Shown here: positions 49,300 to 60,000 of the stretch, piece by piece
How the letters are laid out: every line of letters begins with the position of its first letter
Numbering within the stretch: position 1 is the stretch's first letter
Assembly: GCA_013239625.1 (NCBI GenBank)
Contig: MU053934.1
Span: forward strand, 11,387,003-11,447,002
Length of the DNA stretch: 60,000 nucleotides
Direction: 5' to 3'
From: Lama guanicoe
Lineage: Eukaryota
Notes under the pieces: model-generated
What the model was told of the DNA's origin: nothing
What the model saw: the letters and a program-made list of their open reading frames with translations, nothing else
The model's database searches: none
Translations under genes and position numbers: made by a program

Positions 49300-49700
49300 T
49301 GATCTTTTCACTATTTTAAACAGTTTTATCAAGAATGCATTGTAAATCATTAACCATTTCTATCTGACAGTTGATGGATTTGGTCGGCAATTAAATTCCA
49401 AGCGTTGAGTCATTTCTGGTTCCTGGAAAGAACCACGTGAGTCACAGCGCATCCTTCTCTCTCTGAGCTGTCCGATCCCGCTCGTCAGTGTGGCAAGTGG
49501 AGGTTCTGCCTCTGCGCTCACAGACTAGACGCACGCCTGGCCTGGTGTGGGTGTGCGATGTCTCTGGTTTGGCTTGGTTACAACCCTGGAAGAGAAAGGT
49601 TCCCCCCAAATTGAAATAATTACTGCATTATTTATTCTCTAAAGTTCTGGCAGAACTCAGCAAGGAGTTTTCATGGCGATTGTGATTTAAGGGGAAGGAG
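49300..49700. promoter_or_regulatory. Candidate enhancer with MEIS-PBX-HOX, AP-1, STAT and E-box motifs
   Basis: GTAAATCA 49342-49349, TGACAG 49365-49370, TGATGGAT 49372-49379, TGAGTCA 49406-49412 and 49438-49444, TTCCTGGAA 49420-49428, CACGTG 49434-49439. Confidence 0.55.
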
Positions 49701-49781
49701 CTCCCGGGCAGCTTTCTCAGTTTGTGTGCGGTGCTCGGTCAGTTTAGATTTCCAGGGTCACGGACGGTAAATTTTGGACTC

Positions 49782-49845
49782 TAGTTAGTTAGATAGATGG
49801 ACGGATAGATAGACGGATAGATGGATAGATGGATGGATAGATGGG
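49782..49845 (+). repeat. Compound (GATA/GATG/GACG)n tetranucleotide microsatellite
   Basis: tagttagttagatagatggacggatagatagacggatagatggatagatggatggatagatggg. Confidence 0.9.
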
Positions 49846-50180
49846 TATCTTTCCAGAGCCGTCTGTTCCAGCATTTTCAAATCATCGATATATAGCTGAA
49901 AAATATGTATGCAATCTTCCTCCATTTGTGGCTGTTTCCGACTCTAATTTCGCACGTTGTGCTGGCTTCTCCTTGCCTCCCTTGTGACAAAGTCTGGTGT
50001 TTCGCTCTTTGCAGGCTTGTGTACAGAAGTGGCTGGAGAGGTTGTCGCTGGTCCTACATTTTCCTCTAGCGCATCATTCGTTTCTGTTTTTCCTTTTGTG
50101 ATCCTGCTGCTTCCCCTTCCACTGTTTTCTATTTTTAGTTGAGTGGCTAATTTATTTAATCATCTTTTTAATTCAGAATC

Positions 50181-50243
50181 TGAAATATTCACGATGAATC
50201 ATCTTGTGCCATTGAAATATTGACGATGAATCCTCTTGTGCCA
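50181..50243 (+). repeat. 32-bp-period tandem duplication (2 copies)
   Basis: tgaaatattcacgatgaatcatcttgtgcca versus tgaaatattgacgatgaatcctcttgtgcca (2 mismatches). Confidence 0.9.
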
Positions 50244-53200
50244 GGAGTAACGCTGATGATGTCATGTGATTTGAGTGGCATCAGCCTTGGGGTTGTTTTC
50301 CTCCAGGAATTCAGCAGTTTAGGTGCCTCCTGAGAGCGCCATGAGCACCCTTTCGTGTCCACGTAGAGGGTCATTTTCTGCAACCAGTTCACAGGACCTG
50401 CTAAGAAGCCGCTCTTCCCTGCTCTCAGAGGAGAGTCGGGTGTGTAATGGTCTGGGCCCCGTTCACCTCTGAAGTCTCGCGTGCATTCTGTCCACTTGAC
50501 CTCAGGGATGCGCAGAGTGAGCTGAGCGTCCCCTTTGAGACAGATGCCCCTGGAGTCCCAGCCACCCTCCCTCCACGCATGGTCACCGGGGCTGCTAGGC
50601 TGGGACAGTCCTGTCCCCTGTGTCGGGGTTCCTCACGACAGCAGGCAGACCTGGTGCTGTTTGTGGGGGTGGCAAGCCTCCATCTGTGGGGCTGCAACTG
50701 GCGGATAAAGCCTCAGCCTCCTGCCTGGAAGGGACCAGCCAGAGGGATGTGAGGTGGTACTGGCCCCGGTCCCACCCGGCGAGTAAGGTACCTGGTGAAA
50801 ACCTGATGCCGGGATGACTAGGAGCCACCTGCCTCGCTTTCCCGTCTCAAGAGGCCGTCTCAGGCTGGTGGGCGCGACTCGCTCACTCCATCCTCCAGCA
50901 CATGCCGGACAGCGTACACAGACTGTTCTCAGCAAGCGCCCCGAGGCAGGTCAGGTCGGAGCCGTGAGCAGAGACTCACGACACTTCTCCAAGCATGGGC
51001 TTCGGGGGACCGGCTGACCCGGTCCGCCCCTGCGCGGCCGCGCGGCTGGGCGGCAGGAGACGGGCAGGCCGGGCGGTTCACCCATGAGCGCCCTGCCCTT
51101 ACGGGACGCACCTCCGTCCTGGGATGAACGCTGCTTGGGTTTTCACAGCCTTTCATTAACACGCCGATTCTGAAGGAGTTGACTTTGACGAGCGCTGTGT
51201 TCTCACCGCCTGCGTGAAGGAACAGACGTGCAGGCCTGGGGAGGGGTTCTCTCGCTCTGCCCTTCCAGGCGCCCCGTCCCAGTCCGTTGATTCTGGGGGC
51301 AGGGTCCACCAGCCCAGGTTCCCTTGTTCTTGACAAAACTCCAATCCCACCTTCAGCTTCAGCAAGACCCTGATCGGATGGAGTTTCTCAGCAGGTTAAG
51401 CCTCCTGGGAAGAGTGGTTGCCGTGCTGGTGGACAGGCGCCCTCGTACAGGAGCCGCCCAGCCCGCGGCCACCAGGCTTGGAGCGGGGAGAGGAGGCCCA
51501 CACGTCTCTCCAGGGCTGCGCCGTGACGCCGCCGGTGCAGCCCCTGCCCCCCCGCACCCCCCCACCCCACTGTCCCGCTTCAACCCCGAACCACCACTTG
51601 CCCCGCGGTGGAGCGCGGCACAGGAACTCGCTCAGCACACCCGCCTCCAGAGCCAGCCGTCCAGCGAGAGTGTGTTGCTTGGCCCCTCTCTCGTCCCCGG
51701 AGAAATGGGCGCTCAGCTGAGACCTACAGCACTTTGTGGCCGTTTCCGGGGCTCGCCCACGTTTCACCCCATGCTGCGCGTTGGACACTTTTCCTCCTAA
51801 GCCGAGGTTTATGCTTGCGGGGTTTTTTTTCCTGGCTTCACTAACGATAGTTTTTTTCTTTCTGCTTTATTCCTTTGGCTGTTTGTGGCTGGCTTCCACG
51901 GGAAACTGAATAGAGCTCACTGTTCCCTTGTGCTGCAGCAGGAGTCTGTGCTGATCCGGCTTTAAAAAGATGAAGAGGAATTTCCCAGGAAATAGTGGTC
52001 TGGTCTGGGGCGGGGAAGGGGCAGGGCACAGACCTGAAAGTGCAGTCTGGAGTCAGGAGGCTGGGCTCTGCCGCCCCGGCTCTCGGCTCTCGTCCAAGAA
52101 AGTGGGGATAAAAAAGCTTCCGTTTTACATCAGAAGACAAAATAGAGCCCCCAGCACAACGTTTGGCAAGCTGGATCCCTTGATAAAGTACGTACCCTCC
52201 TTACCTTTAGGGCAATGCAAACAGCCAGACACGATGCATGTTGTGATGAAATGAAACACACAGGAAATGACGCAGCTGATGGGGGTGGGGGCCCAGTGGT
52301 CAGCGGCCCACAGCAGCTGCAGGACGTGCTGGACGGACCTCCGAGGCCCTGGATGGGGCGGGGGATCTGAGGTCGGCTGGTCCCGCTCTCGGAGGGACTG
52401 GCCTGGTGCACGTCCTCCGGGTCCAGCCTCTCCCTGGGCGGGCCCTTCCTCGTCCCCCTCCTTATGGACACCTGCGGGCTGGCTGGCCTTCACCCACTTC
52501 TCTGTGCAGGTTTGGGAGCCCAGGCGGTTTTAAATTTCCGATGGTCCAAGAGGCCTGTGATCAGGGCTGTGGGGGCTTCGGCCGCAGGCACTGCATAGGA
52601 CCCTGTAGCGTCTACGTACCTGCTTCCCCTCACTCCTGGGACCAGGGCACCCGGGTTCCTGCACAGACCTCCTCTCAGGGCTGCCTCCACCCCAGGCCTT
52701 CCTTGCCCTTGCCCTTGCCCTCACCCTTGTGTCCCTGGCTGTAACCCCGAGGCCCTGGGAACCGGGAAGTCTCCGCTGCCTGACCCTCGCAGCAGCCCGA
52801 GTCACTGGGTCAGCGTGGAGCTTGATGAGTCTTTTCCCCTCAAAACCTCTTCCACTGCTTCTCTGAGTCCAGAGCCGGGCGGCTTTGCTGCCCCTGGTGC
52901 TGTCAGTGCTCCTTCCTCTCAGGGCCAGCTGGTCGTTCCTTCCTTCTCTCCTTCACACCCTGCAGCCCGCAAGGCTGGCCAGCATCCCGGCCCGCGACTG
53001 GCGCCGGCAGCTCCAGCATCCCCCAGATCCGGGCTGGGAACCTCTGGTAGCCCCAGGGCTGTCTCACCGCGGGCTCCCCTCGCCGGCGCCTCCCCAGACA
53101 GCCCTGCATGGAAAGGAAGTTCGGTCCTTATTCAAAGCAAGGAACAAAAATGCCGCTCAGACGAAGGAACGAGGAAGTGGCCCTTCTTTCTGTGGTCGCC

Positions 53201-53509
53201 GCACCTGCCGTGCTGACTCGCGCAGTTCTGGCGGCGCCCCCGGGCTGGGGTCTCCCTCCAGGCGGCCATGGAACTGACCTGCCGCGGCCCAGCCAGTGGT
53301 TGGGATGTCAGCCTCCGCCTCCCGCCCACTGCTCCCTGCCCGTGGTGATGGGCGAGCCCAGGGGGTTGAGACGAGCGGGGCGGGCGAGAGGCTTTTCCTC
53401 CTGAGCCACCTGCGAGGTGCGCCCTGGCGCGGCCGGCCCGGTGCAGGCGGACCCCCCAGCTGAGATCAATGATTAAGAGTTTCAGGATGGCAGGAACAGA
53501 CCCCTGAGC

Positions 53510-53927
53510 CCGGGTTGGGCTGAGCAACACCCCAAATGCCCAGAATACAAGCCTTGCGCTTCCTCACGCGGCAAGAGGGTCTTTGCAGATGTGACCGAGT
53601 CAAGGGTCTTGAGATGGGGAGACAGTCCTGGATCACCCAGCTGGGTCCTACGTGCAGCCACACGTGTCCTTCTACGAGGGAAGCAGAGGGAGACGTGGCC
53701 GCGGAAGGCAAGGCCGGGTGATGACGGAGGCGGAGGCTGGAGGACAGCCCCGAGCCCAGGCTTCCCGGGGCCTCCAGAAGGAAGCCGCACAGCGGACACC
53801 TTGGCTTCAGCCCCAGGAAACTGACTTTGGACCATCCTCCTCCAGGACAGCAGGGCGGCCAGCTTCTGTTGATGCAGGCCTCCTTGTTTGGGGAACCTTG
53901 TTACAGCAGCTACCGGAAACTAATACA
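53510..53927 (+). mobile_element. MaLR solo LTR (MLT1C/D-like)
   Basis: ggcaagagggtctttgcagatgtgaccgagtcaagggtcttgagatggggagacagtcctggatcacccagctgggtcct...ttgttacagcagctaccggaaactaataca. Confidence 0.85.
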
Positions 53928-54694
53928 GTCAGTAACTTGCCTTGATCGGGTGCTGGTGTCTCCCAGCCCTCAGTGTCCCCTCCCTCCTTTTCTTCCTTGC
54001 TTCCTTAATTTTTTTCATCTTTTAGTCTGCATTTCCCACCTGACCCCTGGGTCGACGTCTCATGTTTGTCTTCATGTTTCTGCTCTTCCTTTCCCCCTAA
54101 TCTTTGATGAACCGCAGCTCCAGACCTCAGGGCAGGCAGCAGATTCACCAAACAGCCATGTGTTTCAGGGCTTAAACCGCGAAGCAGGCTCGCTGGCTGG
54201 GGGCTGGGGGTGGTGGCTGTCCCCTGTCCATCTGGTCGTTCAGAGAGTCAGGTCCCTCCCACCATGCGGCCACGCCCTCCCCGGGGGCTCAGCCAGGAGG
54301 CCCACTCTCGGGGGTGGGGGTGGAACTCAGGGCCAGGTCCACTCTGTCCTCCCTGGCCGGCCAGGACCCCATGGAGAGCTGGGGCATGCAGCTGGGCCAG
54401 GGTCCGGGGGAGGGAGGGAGCTGGGGACCCGGCGACCTGGAGGGGTTCGGCCGAGTGTCCAGTGTCTGCACTCGGAGTGGCTCCACCCACACCCCTGCAG
54501 GAGTGCTGGTTTTTGTTATTATACGTATTTGTAGCTGCCCCCTAAATTAAGCGTTTCGTTTACAAAGGTTTTATTTCAGTATCTCGTGTAGTCATACAAA
54601 TAATACAAATTAAATAACCAGTGAGGGATTTCCAGGTTGCGGAGCAATTTCACATCGGGGACCTCACGGTTCCAGGCTTCCTTTACTGGGCCTG

Positions 54695-54830
54695 GTTAGC
54701 TCCAGCCCTCACGAGCCTGGGGGCTCGGGGGAGTCACCTCTGCATCTCTGAGTGGCACTGTCTATTAGCCAATCGGGAGCGATACCTGCCCCGCGTCCCC
54801 CAGAGTGGTGATGAGGTCGCAGCCCAGGGA
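54695..54830 (+). mobile_element. MIR fragment
   Basis: gctccagccctcacgagcctgggggctcgggggagtcacctctgcatctctgag...cagagtggtgatgagg. Confidence 0.5.
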
Positions 54831-55149
54831 GGACCGGACACCTGCAGGGGCCATAGGAACACAGCCCGCTCTCCTGTCCCTGCCCTGCCTGAGGAAGGAA
54901 GTCCCGGCCCGGGTCAGGTCAGGACCCAGGGGCCCCGGGGAGCAGGGCTGGGCTTGTCCACGGGGCAGGAACACTGGAGCTCCCTGGTCCTGGTGCCCAG
55001 GTGCCAGCCAAAGGGCCCCCTGCCCTGAGGGCCTCAGGGGCCCAACTGGAGCTGACTGCTCTGCTGAGCAGGCCGGGCTGGCCGGGCTGAGCGTCCCGAA
55101 GGGCCCTGGCAACCAGGAGGCAGCTCTGATTCCAATTCAGGGGAGAAGG

Positions 55150-55290
55150 CAGCATGGTGATCGATTTTCCCCAAAATGCAAATTGTATTAAAAAAATCCA
55201 TACCTTTGGGAGGGCTTTGTAATAAGGCCATAAATCACTCCAGGATGCAGCGTTCCAGGGGGAGAACAAATGTCTTATTTGTTGGGCAGT
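55150..55290. promoter_or_regulatory. Candidate enhancer with octamer, PBX-HOX and CUT-type motifs
   Basis: ATCGAT 55160-55165, ATGCAAAT 55176-55183, CCATAAATCA 55228-55237. Confidence 0.5.
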
Positions 55291-56407
55291 GAGAGGCGGG
55301 CAGCTCCCCCCCCCACAACGCGGGGAGGGCCGGCCCCACCCCAGCCCCCAGCGCTCGGCCAGGCAGGGCCGCTGCCCATCCTGAGGAAGGGGCTCTCGCC
55401 TCCCCAGGCCCAGACAGCCTCCTCGGACTCCATCTGATCCCAGCATCTCTCCTATCCAGTCCTGGTGGCCACTCACCCCTTCACTCACTCACTCCCCGAT
55501 TCTCCATGCCTCCTGCAGACCAGGCACCTTGCCTCCTGCTGAGCTCACACAGGTCAGCCAAGCCCGGGTCGGCGGGTCTTTGACCCAATGAGAGAAGCAC
55601 AATCCATGGGAGGGAGGCCAGGAAGGCTGCCTGGAGGAGGTGGCAGCTTACTGGGGATGAGTCGCTCCAGGGATAAATTGGGGTCACTGGGGCAGCACCC
55701 AGGCCAGCAGAGACCAGAGCGGGGCCTGCAGTGCAGGCAGCCTTTGTCAGAGGAAGCTGCTGGCTGGCGAGTCCCTGATGCTTCCTTTAGGCAGTGGACA
55801 CTTTCAGTCAAATCAAATCCCCAGGAAGCCGGTGCACAAAACTGAACAAGAAGGAGCTGCGGGGGGAGAGGCCGCCTTCCCTGGCTGGGCCTCAGGTGCC
55901 CTGGAGTCCAGAACATGTAATTTTCAGCAATGGGAGTCCTGTGATGGGGACCTCAGTGTCACCTGCGGGGCCCTCGGGCCCGGCTCCCTCCTGGGAGGGG
56001 TGAAGGGCACCCGGTCTGCCGCTCAGAGTCAGGGGCGTGCTCTACAGGCCTCCGCACCCCACACCTGCCTGGGAGGGAGGGGCCAGCTCGCCTCCATCTG
56101 CCCGTCTTCCAGAGAGTCCCAGGGCTGGGCAGGCGTCCAGCTGGCCAGCCATGACGCCCTATGCACACGCACACACACACCGGGCGTCTGAGTGGCAACC
56201 AGGTCACCCTCTTCCTGGCTCCACACTCCTGGGCACCCTGACCCTGGCGTTGGCCCCAGTGTCCCAAAGCAGGCCTCCTCCAAGGATGAAGTTCAGGCAG
56301 CAACGATCTCCGCGGCCCTGGGGTTTCCCAGGCACAACTTGTCCTTGGGTGCTGTCACTTTGAGCCCTCAGCAGAGCCTGCCAGGGATGCTCTTTTAGTT
56401 TCTTGTC

Positions 56408-56663
56408 CCCAGCATCCCAGCCCTTCCCAGCATCCCTACCCTTCCCAGCATCCCTGCCCTCCCCAGCATCCCTGCCCGTCCCAGCATCCCTGCACATCCC
56501 AGCATCCCTGCCCTCCCCAGCATCCCTGCCCTCCCCAGCATCCCTGCCCGTCCCAGCATCCCTGCACATCCCAGCATCCCTGCCCTTTCCAGCATCCCTG
56601 CCCTTCCCCGGCATCCCTGCCCTTCCCGGCATCTCTCCCTTCCCGGCATCCCTGCACATCCCA
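56408..56663 (+). repeat. 18-bp minisatellite (CCCAGCATCCCTGCCCTY), about 14 copies
   Basis: Units at 56408, 56426, 56444, 56462 and onward, with variant endings -ccgt, -acat and -cctc. Confidence 0.95.
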
Positions 56664-57509
56664 GGCAGGTGGAGAGTCTACCTGTCCTGCTCACCTTCCT
56701 TCCTCCCAAGAGGCTGGGCTGCAGACCAGAGCCTCTCAACCCCAGAAATTCTGGAAATGGGGAATCCAGCAGGGTCCCTGTGCCCCACCGGCCCCACTGG
56801 GCAGCTGGGAGCGCCCCTCTCTTTTGGCTGGCTGTGGCTTCCACTCCTGGGCCTCCCTGACCATTCAGGCCTCGCTCATGCCCCACCCCAAGCTTGCCTG
56901 CAGCCTGTGTGGGCGAGGTCATTGCGCAGGTTTGGGAAGGAAGAACCAGATGGTGTCGGCAGTAACCGGAGTTCAGTCCAGCCGTGTGAGAGCCGTCCTC
57001 AGAGCTCTGAGCGCCCTCCCTGGCCCCCATCACAGGGACGCAGCCCGCAGCCCCTCCTCATCCCATCCCTTCTGCCCTCTCTGGCTAATTAATTAACTGC
57101 TCTTCTGTGTTTCAGGGCACGCTGCTCACTGAGGAGTGGTGGCCAGCGGGGAGGGTGCCGTGAAGATAACACACAGGGCAGCCTTCGGCCCTGCTCCTCC
57201 ATGGGCCCTGGACGGGGACGGGGCCCCGAAGTGTCCTCGCTGGTCCAGGGCCCTGGGCTCTGGGCAAGAAAGCTTCCCTCGCAGCAGGAACTTTGAAGGA
57301 TGCCTGTCCCACCCCAGGGCAGAGCTGGGGCACAGAGGCGGGCCTGGGGCACGGGAGGTGTGCTCTGGAGATTCATGTGCTGGTCCAGGGCCGTCTACAC
57401 TGTACCATGGTGGTCCCCGCCCCCGTCGGGTCTTCCCCCGGGCTCCTCCCCCGGCCAGCAGTGCTCCCGGCCCGTTTTCTCAGACGTGACTGTGTCCAGA
57501 GCCCATCAT

Positions 57510-57632
57510 CCCAGAGGCTGTAAGCTCCTGGGCACTGAGGCCCCCCTGTGCCTGGCCTGGGGCCAGCACGAGGCAGGCTGTCATCAGCTTTTGTGACTGA
57601 ATAAAAGAATGAGTGAGCGGATGAACAAGTGA
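57510..57632 (+). mobile_element. LINE-2 3' terminus
   Basis: ggctgtaagctcctggg...tgcctggc...ttttgtgactgaataaaagaatgagtgagcggatgaa (degenerate TGAA tail). Confidence 0.6.
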
Positions 57633-58882
57633 CAGAACCAGAGCCTGGTGAGGCGGTGTCCGAAGGCACCTCCAACGACAGCCGACGGTTCTGATCTCGC
57701 CACACTGGAGCTCAGGCGTCTGGCCTCCGGTTCTCCTGCCGGCCAAGTGAGACGATTTCGGTGGTCCCTGCTCCCCACAAAGTGTCCGACTTCAGCACTG
57801 CAGGGCCCAGCCCCCTCCCCAGGGGCTCAGAGGGCCACACCTGTGTGCCTCGCCCCCGCCGTGCCATCACCCTGGGGACGCTGCTGGCATCCTCGCCGAG
57901 GCCAGCGAGGACCTCCGTGCAGACGGAAACTTCCTTCTCACCATGAGACTCGGGTGCCCCCTGGGCACCTCACTCCGCTTTCCCACTTCCTTCTTTGGTC
58001 CAATTTTAAACAGGATCCTTAAACAGTCAGGGCGTGAGGCCATCAGCCCTGCTCAGAAGCAAACCCAGGTGCCCCGTGGAGGCGGACGGGGTGCTGGTGG
58101 AGGCCGTCTCCCACCGGAGACACGGAGCAGCATTTCCTGCTCCATCCTCCTCCTTCACAGCCACCGGCGTCCCCAGAGCTAGGAAACTGGGAGCTGGAAG
58201 AGGGGCTGCCTGGGCTCCAAGGAACAGAACCCACTTCTGCTTCTTGGGCAGAAGGTTCCATCCACGGGGCCGGAGCGACTCCCGCCCGCACCTGCTGGGG
58301 AGGCCCGGCTCCAGGAGGCACCGCTGTGGGAGCCGGCAGCTCTGGGACAGGGAGGGGCCCCGCTGGCCTGCTGCCCACCCAGACACCTGGTCCCCTGGAC
58401 TGGGGAGGAGAGGCTGAGCAGCTGGGGTGAGACGCTTCCACTGCTGCCGCTTGCACTGTGGATCTGTCCGGAGCCTGGACATCACATCGTGTTAACGTAC
58501 AACCAGCTGTGCGGCCAGAGGCCCGAGCCTGCATCTGGGAGCTTTGCCTGCCCTTTAGGTGGGATGGTGTCCCCGGATCACTGTGACTGCCCACGTGACA
58601 TTCACCTGTCTCATGTGCTGGGGACCCCGAGGCACTCAGCCTAGACCTCCCAGGGAGAGGGGGCCGGAGTAGGGTCCCCGCCCAGGCCGACCCCCAAGCC
58701 CACAGCCCGACACCGAGCGCCTTCACCCTCCGGACCCGCCCCGCGCCCCGGTAGCGTCAGACCCGACCTCCCCCTCCAGCCGTTGCTGCGCTGGCCTCCC
58801 GGCGGCCAGGCCTGGAGGGGACTTGGTGCCGCAGCTCTGCATCCCTGGGTTGGCTCAGAACAGAATCCTCCAGCCAGTCTCC

Positions 58883-58896
58883 GTGCCCCCTAGAGG
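58883..58896 (-). promoter_or_regulatory. Candidate CTCF site
   Basis: Minus strand CCTCTAGGGGGCAC, one deviation from the CCASYAGRKGGCRS core. Motif match only. Confidence 0.35.
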
Positions 58897-59073
58897 GCCG
58901 CCCCAGACCAGACCAGCTGCCCTGGCGGTGGGGGCAGGGTCCTTGCAGCGGGCGGGTGGATGGAGGGGGACGTGGGACAGATGGGGTCGGGGACGGCAGT
59001 GCAGAGGGGGCCTCCCTGGTTCAGTGAGAAGCGGGGTCCAGCCGCCCCACCCCCACACCAGGAAGTGAGGGCC

Positions 59074-59862
59074 CAGAGACCCTTCCTCCTGCTCTGCACA
59101 CCTGCGCCTTGCACCGCAGGATGGCTTGTGCCGTGCTCTGGGGTCCCACTGGATTCAGGTCTCTGCTGTCATCCTGAAATCCTTAACAAATTTGTATTTG
59201 AACTTGTATTTTGTAAGCAAACCCCAGGGGGCCCGCCTGGGGTCCACGGAGACCCGAGCAGCGTACGTGCCCACCGGCCCGGCGGACCTTGTCCCCAGGG
59301 TGGGTTTGTGGGGCCGGTGAGCACGGGTTTCTGGGGGAGCGAGTTATGGCCACGACGGGGTAAGGGGGGGTGTGGGAGGAGGCAGACAGGCCCCAATAGG
59401 CCATGCTTTCCGCCCAAACCAGAACTTGCTTCAAAGCCAGAGAGAGGGCAGGGTTCTGATCAACCTCCACGGCCCAGGGCCGCACGCGGCCTTTCCCGCC
59501 CCTCGCGTGGCGCACGGGTGCAGAGCGAGGTGAGGATGGCCGCGTCTGTTCTGCGCAGCGTGTCCCCTGTTGTTCAGAACGAGGTCTCTGGGCGCGTACG
59601 AACTGTGAAACCCGAACTGTGTAAGTAAGTGTGATGGTTGTGCACGACACAGACGCACAGAGGAACTCACGCTCGGAGTGTGAGCGCTCGGCTTGTCTGC
59701 GCCCAGGACGCCGCCAGGCAGCGAGTGAACCCAGCGCGCGGGGGGGACCATGAAAGGAGCAAAGGCTTCACATCCCGGTATCTTTAAAGGGCCTTTCTTC
59801 ATGCTTCTGAACAAGGTCCCTGTGTTCTCACCGTGCACCGAGCCCTGAAATTTTCCCTCCCT
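59074..59862 (+). mobile_element. MER45B/C-like non-autonomous hAT-Tip100 DNA transposon
   Basis: Left end ctctgctgtcatcctgaaatccttaacaaatttgtatttgaacttgtattttgtaag and right end gcttctgaacaaggtccctgtgttctcaccgtgcaccgagccctgaaatt match MER45-family ends as recalled. Confidence 0.7.
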
Positions 59863-60000
59863 TTGAAGCTGTGTCCCCCTAAAACTCAGCTCCCCTGTGG
59901 AGTGTGTGAATAATCTCTCCGGTCAAAACTTTATTCCTTCCCTTGTCCTGCCTCTGTTCCCCTCAGGATTGAAAAGCATCAAAGGAAAAGGGGGCTTGAA

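Noticed and set aside
1..60000. A novel multi-gene or prokaryote-style system, or a named host gene
   Set aside because: I recognise no coding exons, intact transposase or reverse transcriptase, or structured RNA gene, and I cannot assign the locus without an alignment. Small exons could have been missed.

Overview
This is eukaryotic, not microbial, DNA: a very GC-rich, apparently gene-free 60-kb stretch of a placental mammal genome. It is most likely a camelid (camel/alpaca/llama), judged from two tRNA-derived SINEs of the camelid Vic-1 type and young artiodactyl-type L1 3' ends. I recognise no protein-coding exon, RNA gene, operon or CRISPR array. The many ORFs in the track are Pro/Gly/Ala/Arg-rich shadow frames of high-GC DNA or of tandem repeats. 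The window contains ancient interspersed repeats (L1M-class, L2, MIR, MLT1/MLT2/LTR33-like LTRs, a MER41-like solo LTR, and MER33/MER53/MER45-like hAT elements), several mini- and microsatellites, three assembly gaps and CpG islands. It also has a series of unique, locally AT-rich, homeobox-motif-dense islands that look like conserved non-coding enhancers of a developmental gene desert or large intron. Repeat names come from my recall of consensus sequences, not from a search, and most boundaries are approximate. I found no evidence of a novel multi-gene system. The best leads are the candidate enhancer islands (especially 49.3 kb and 55.2 kb), the strong GC/CpG erosion of old L1 copies, and a probable false duplication at the first gap.
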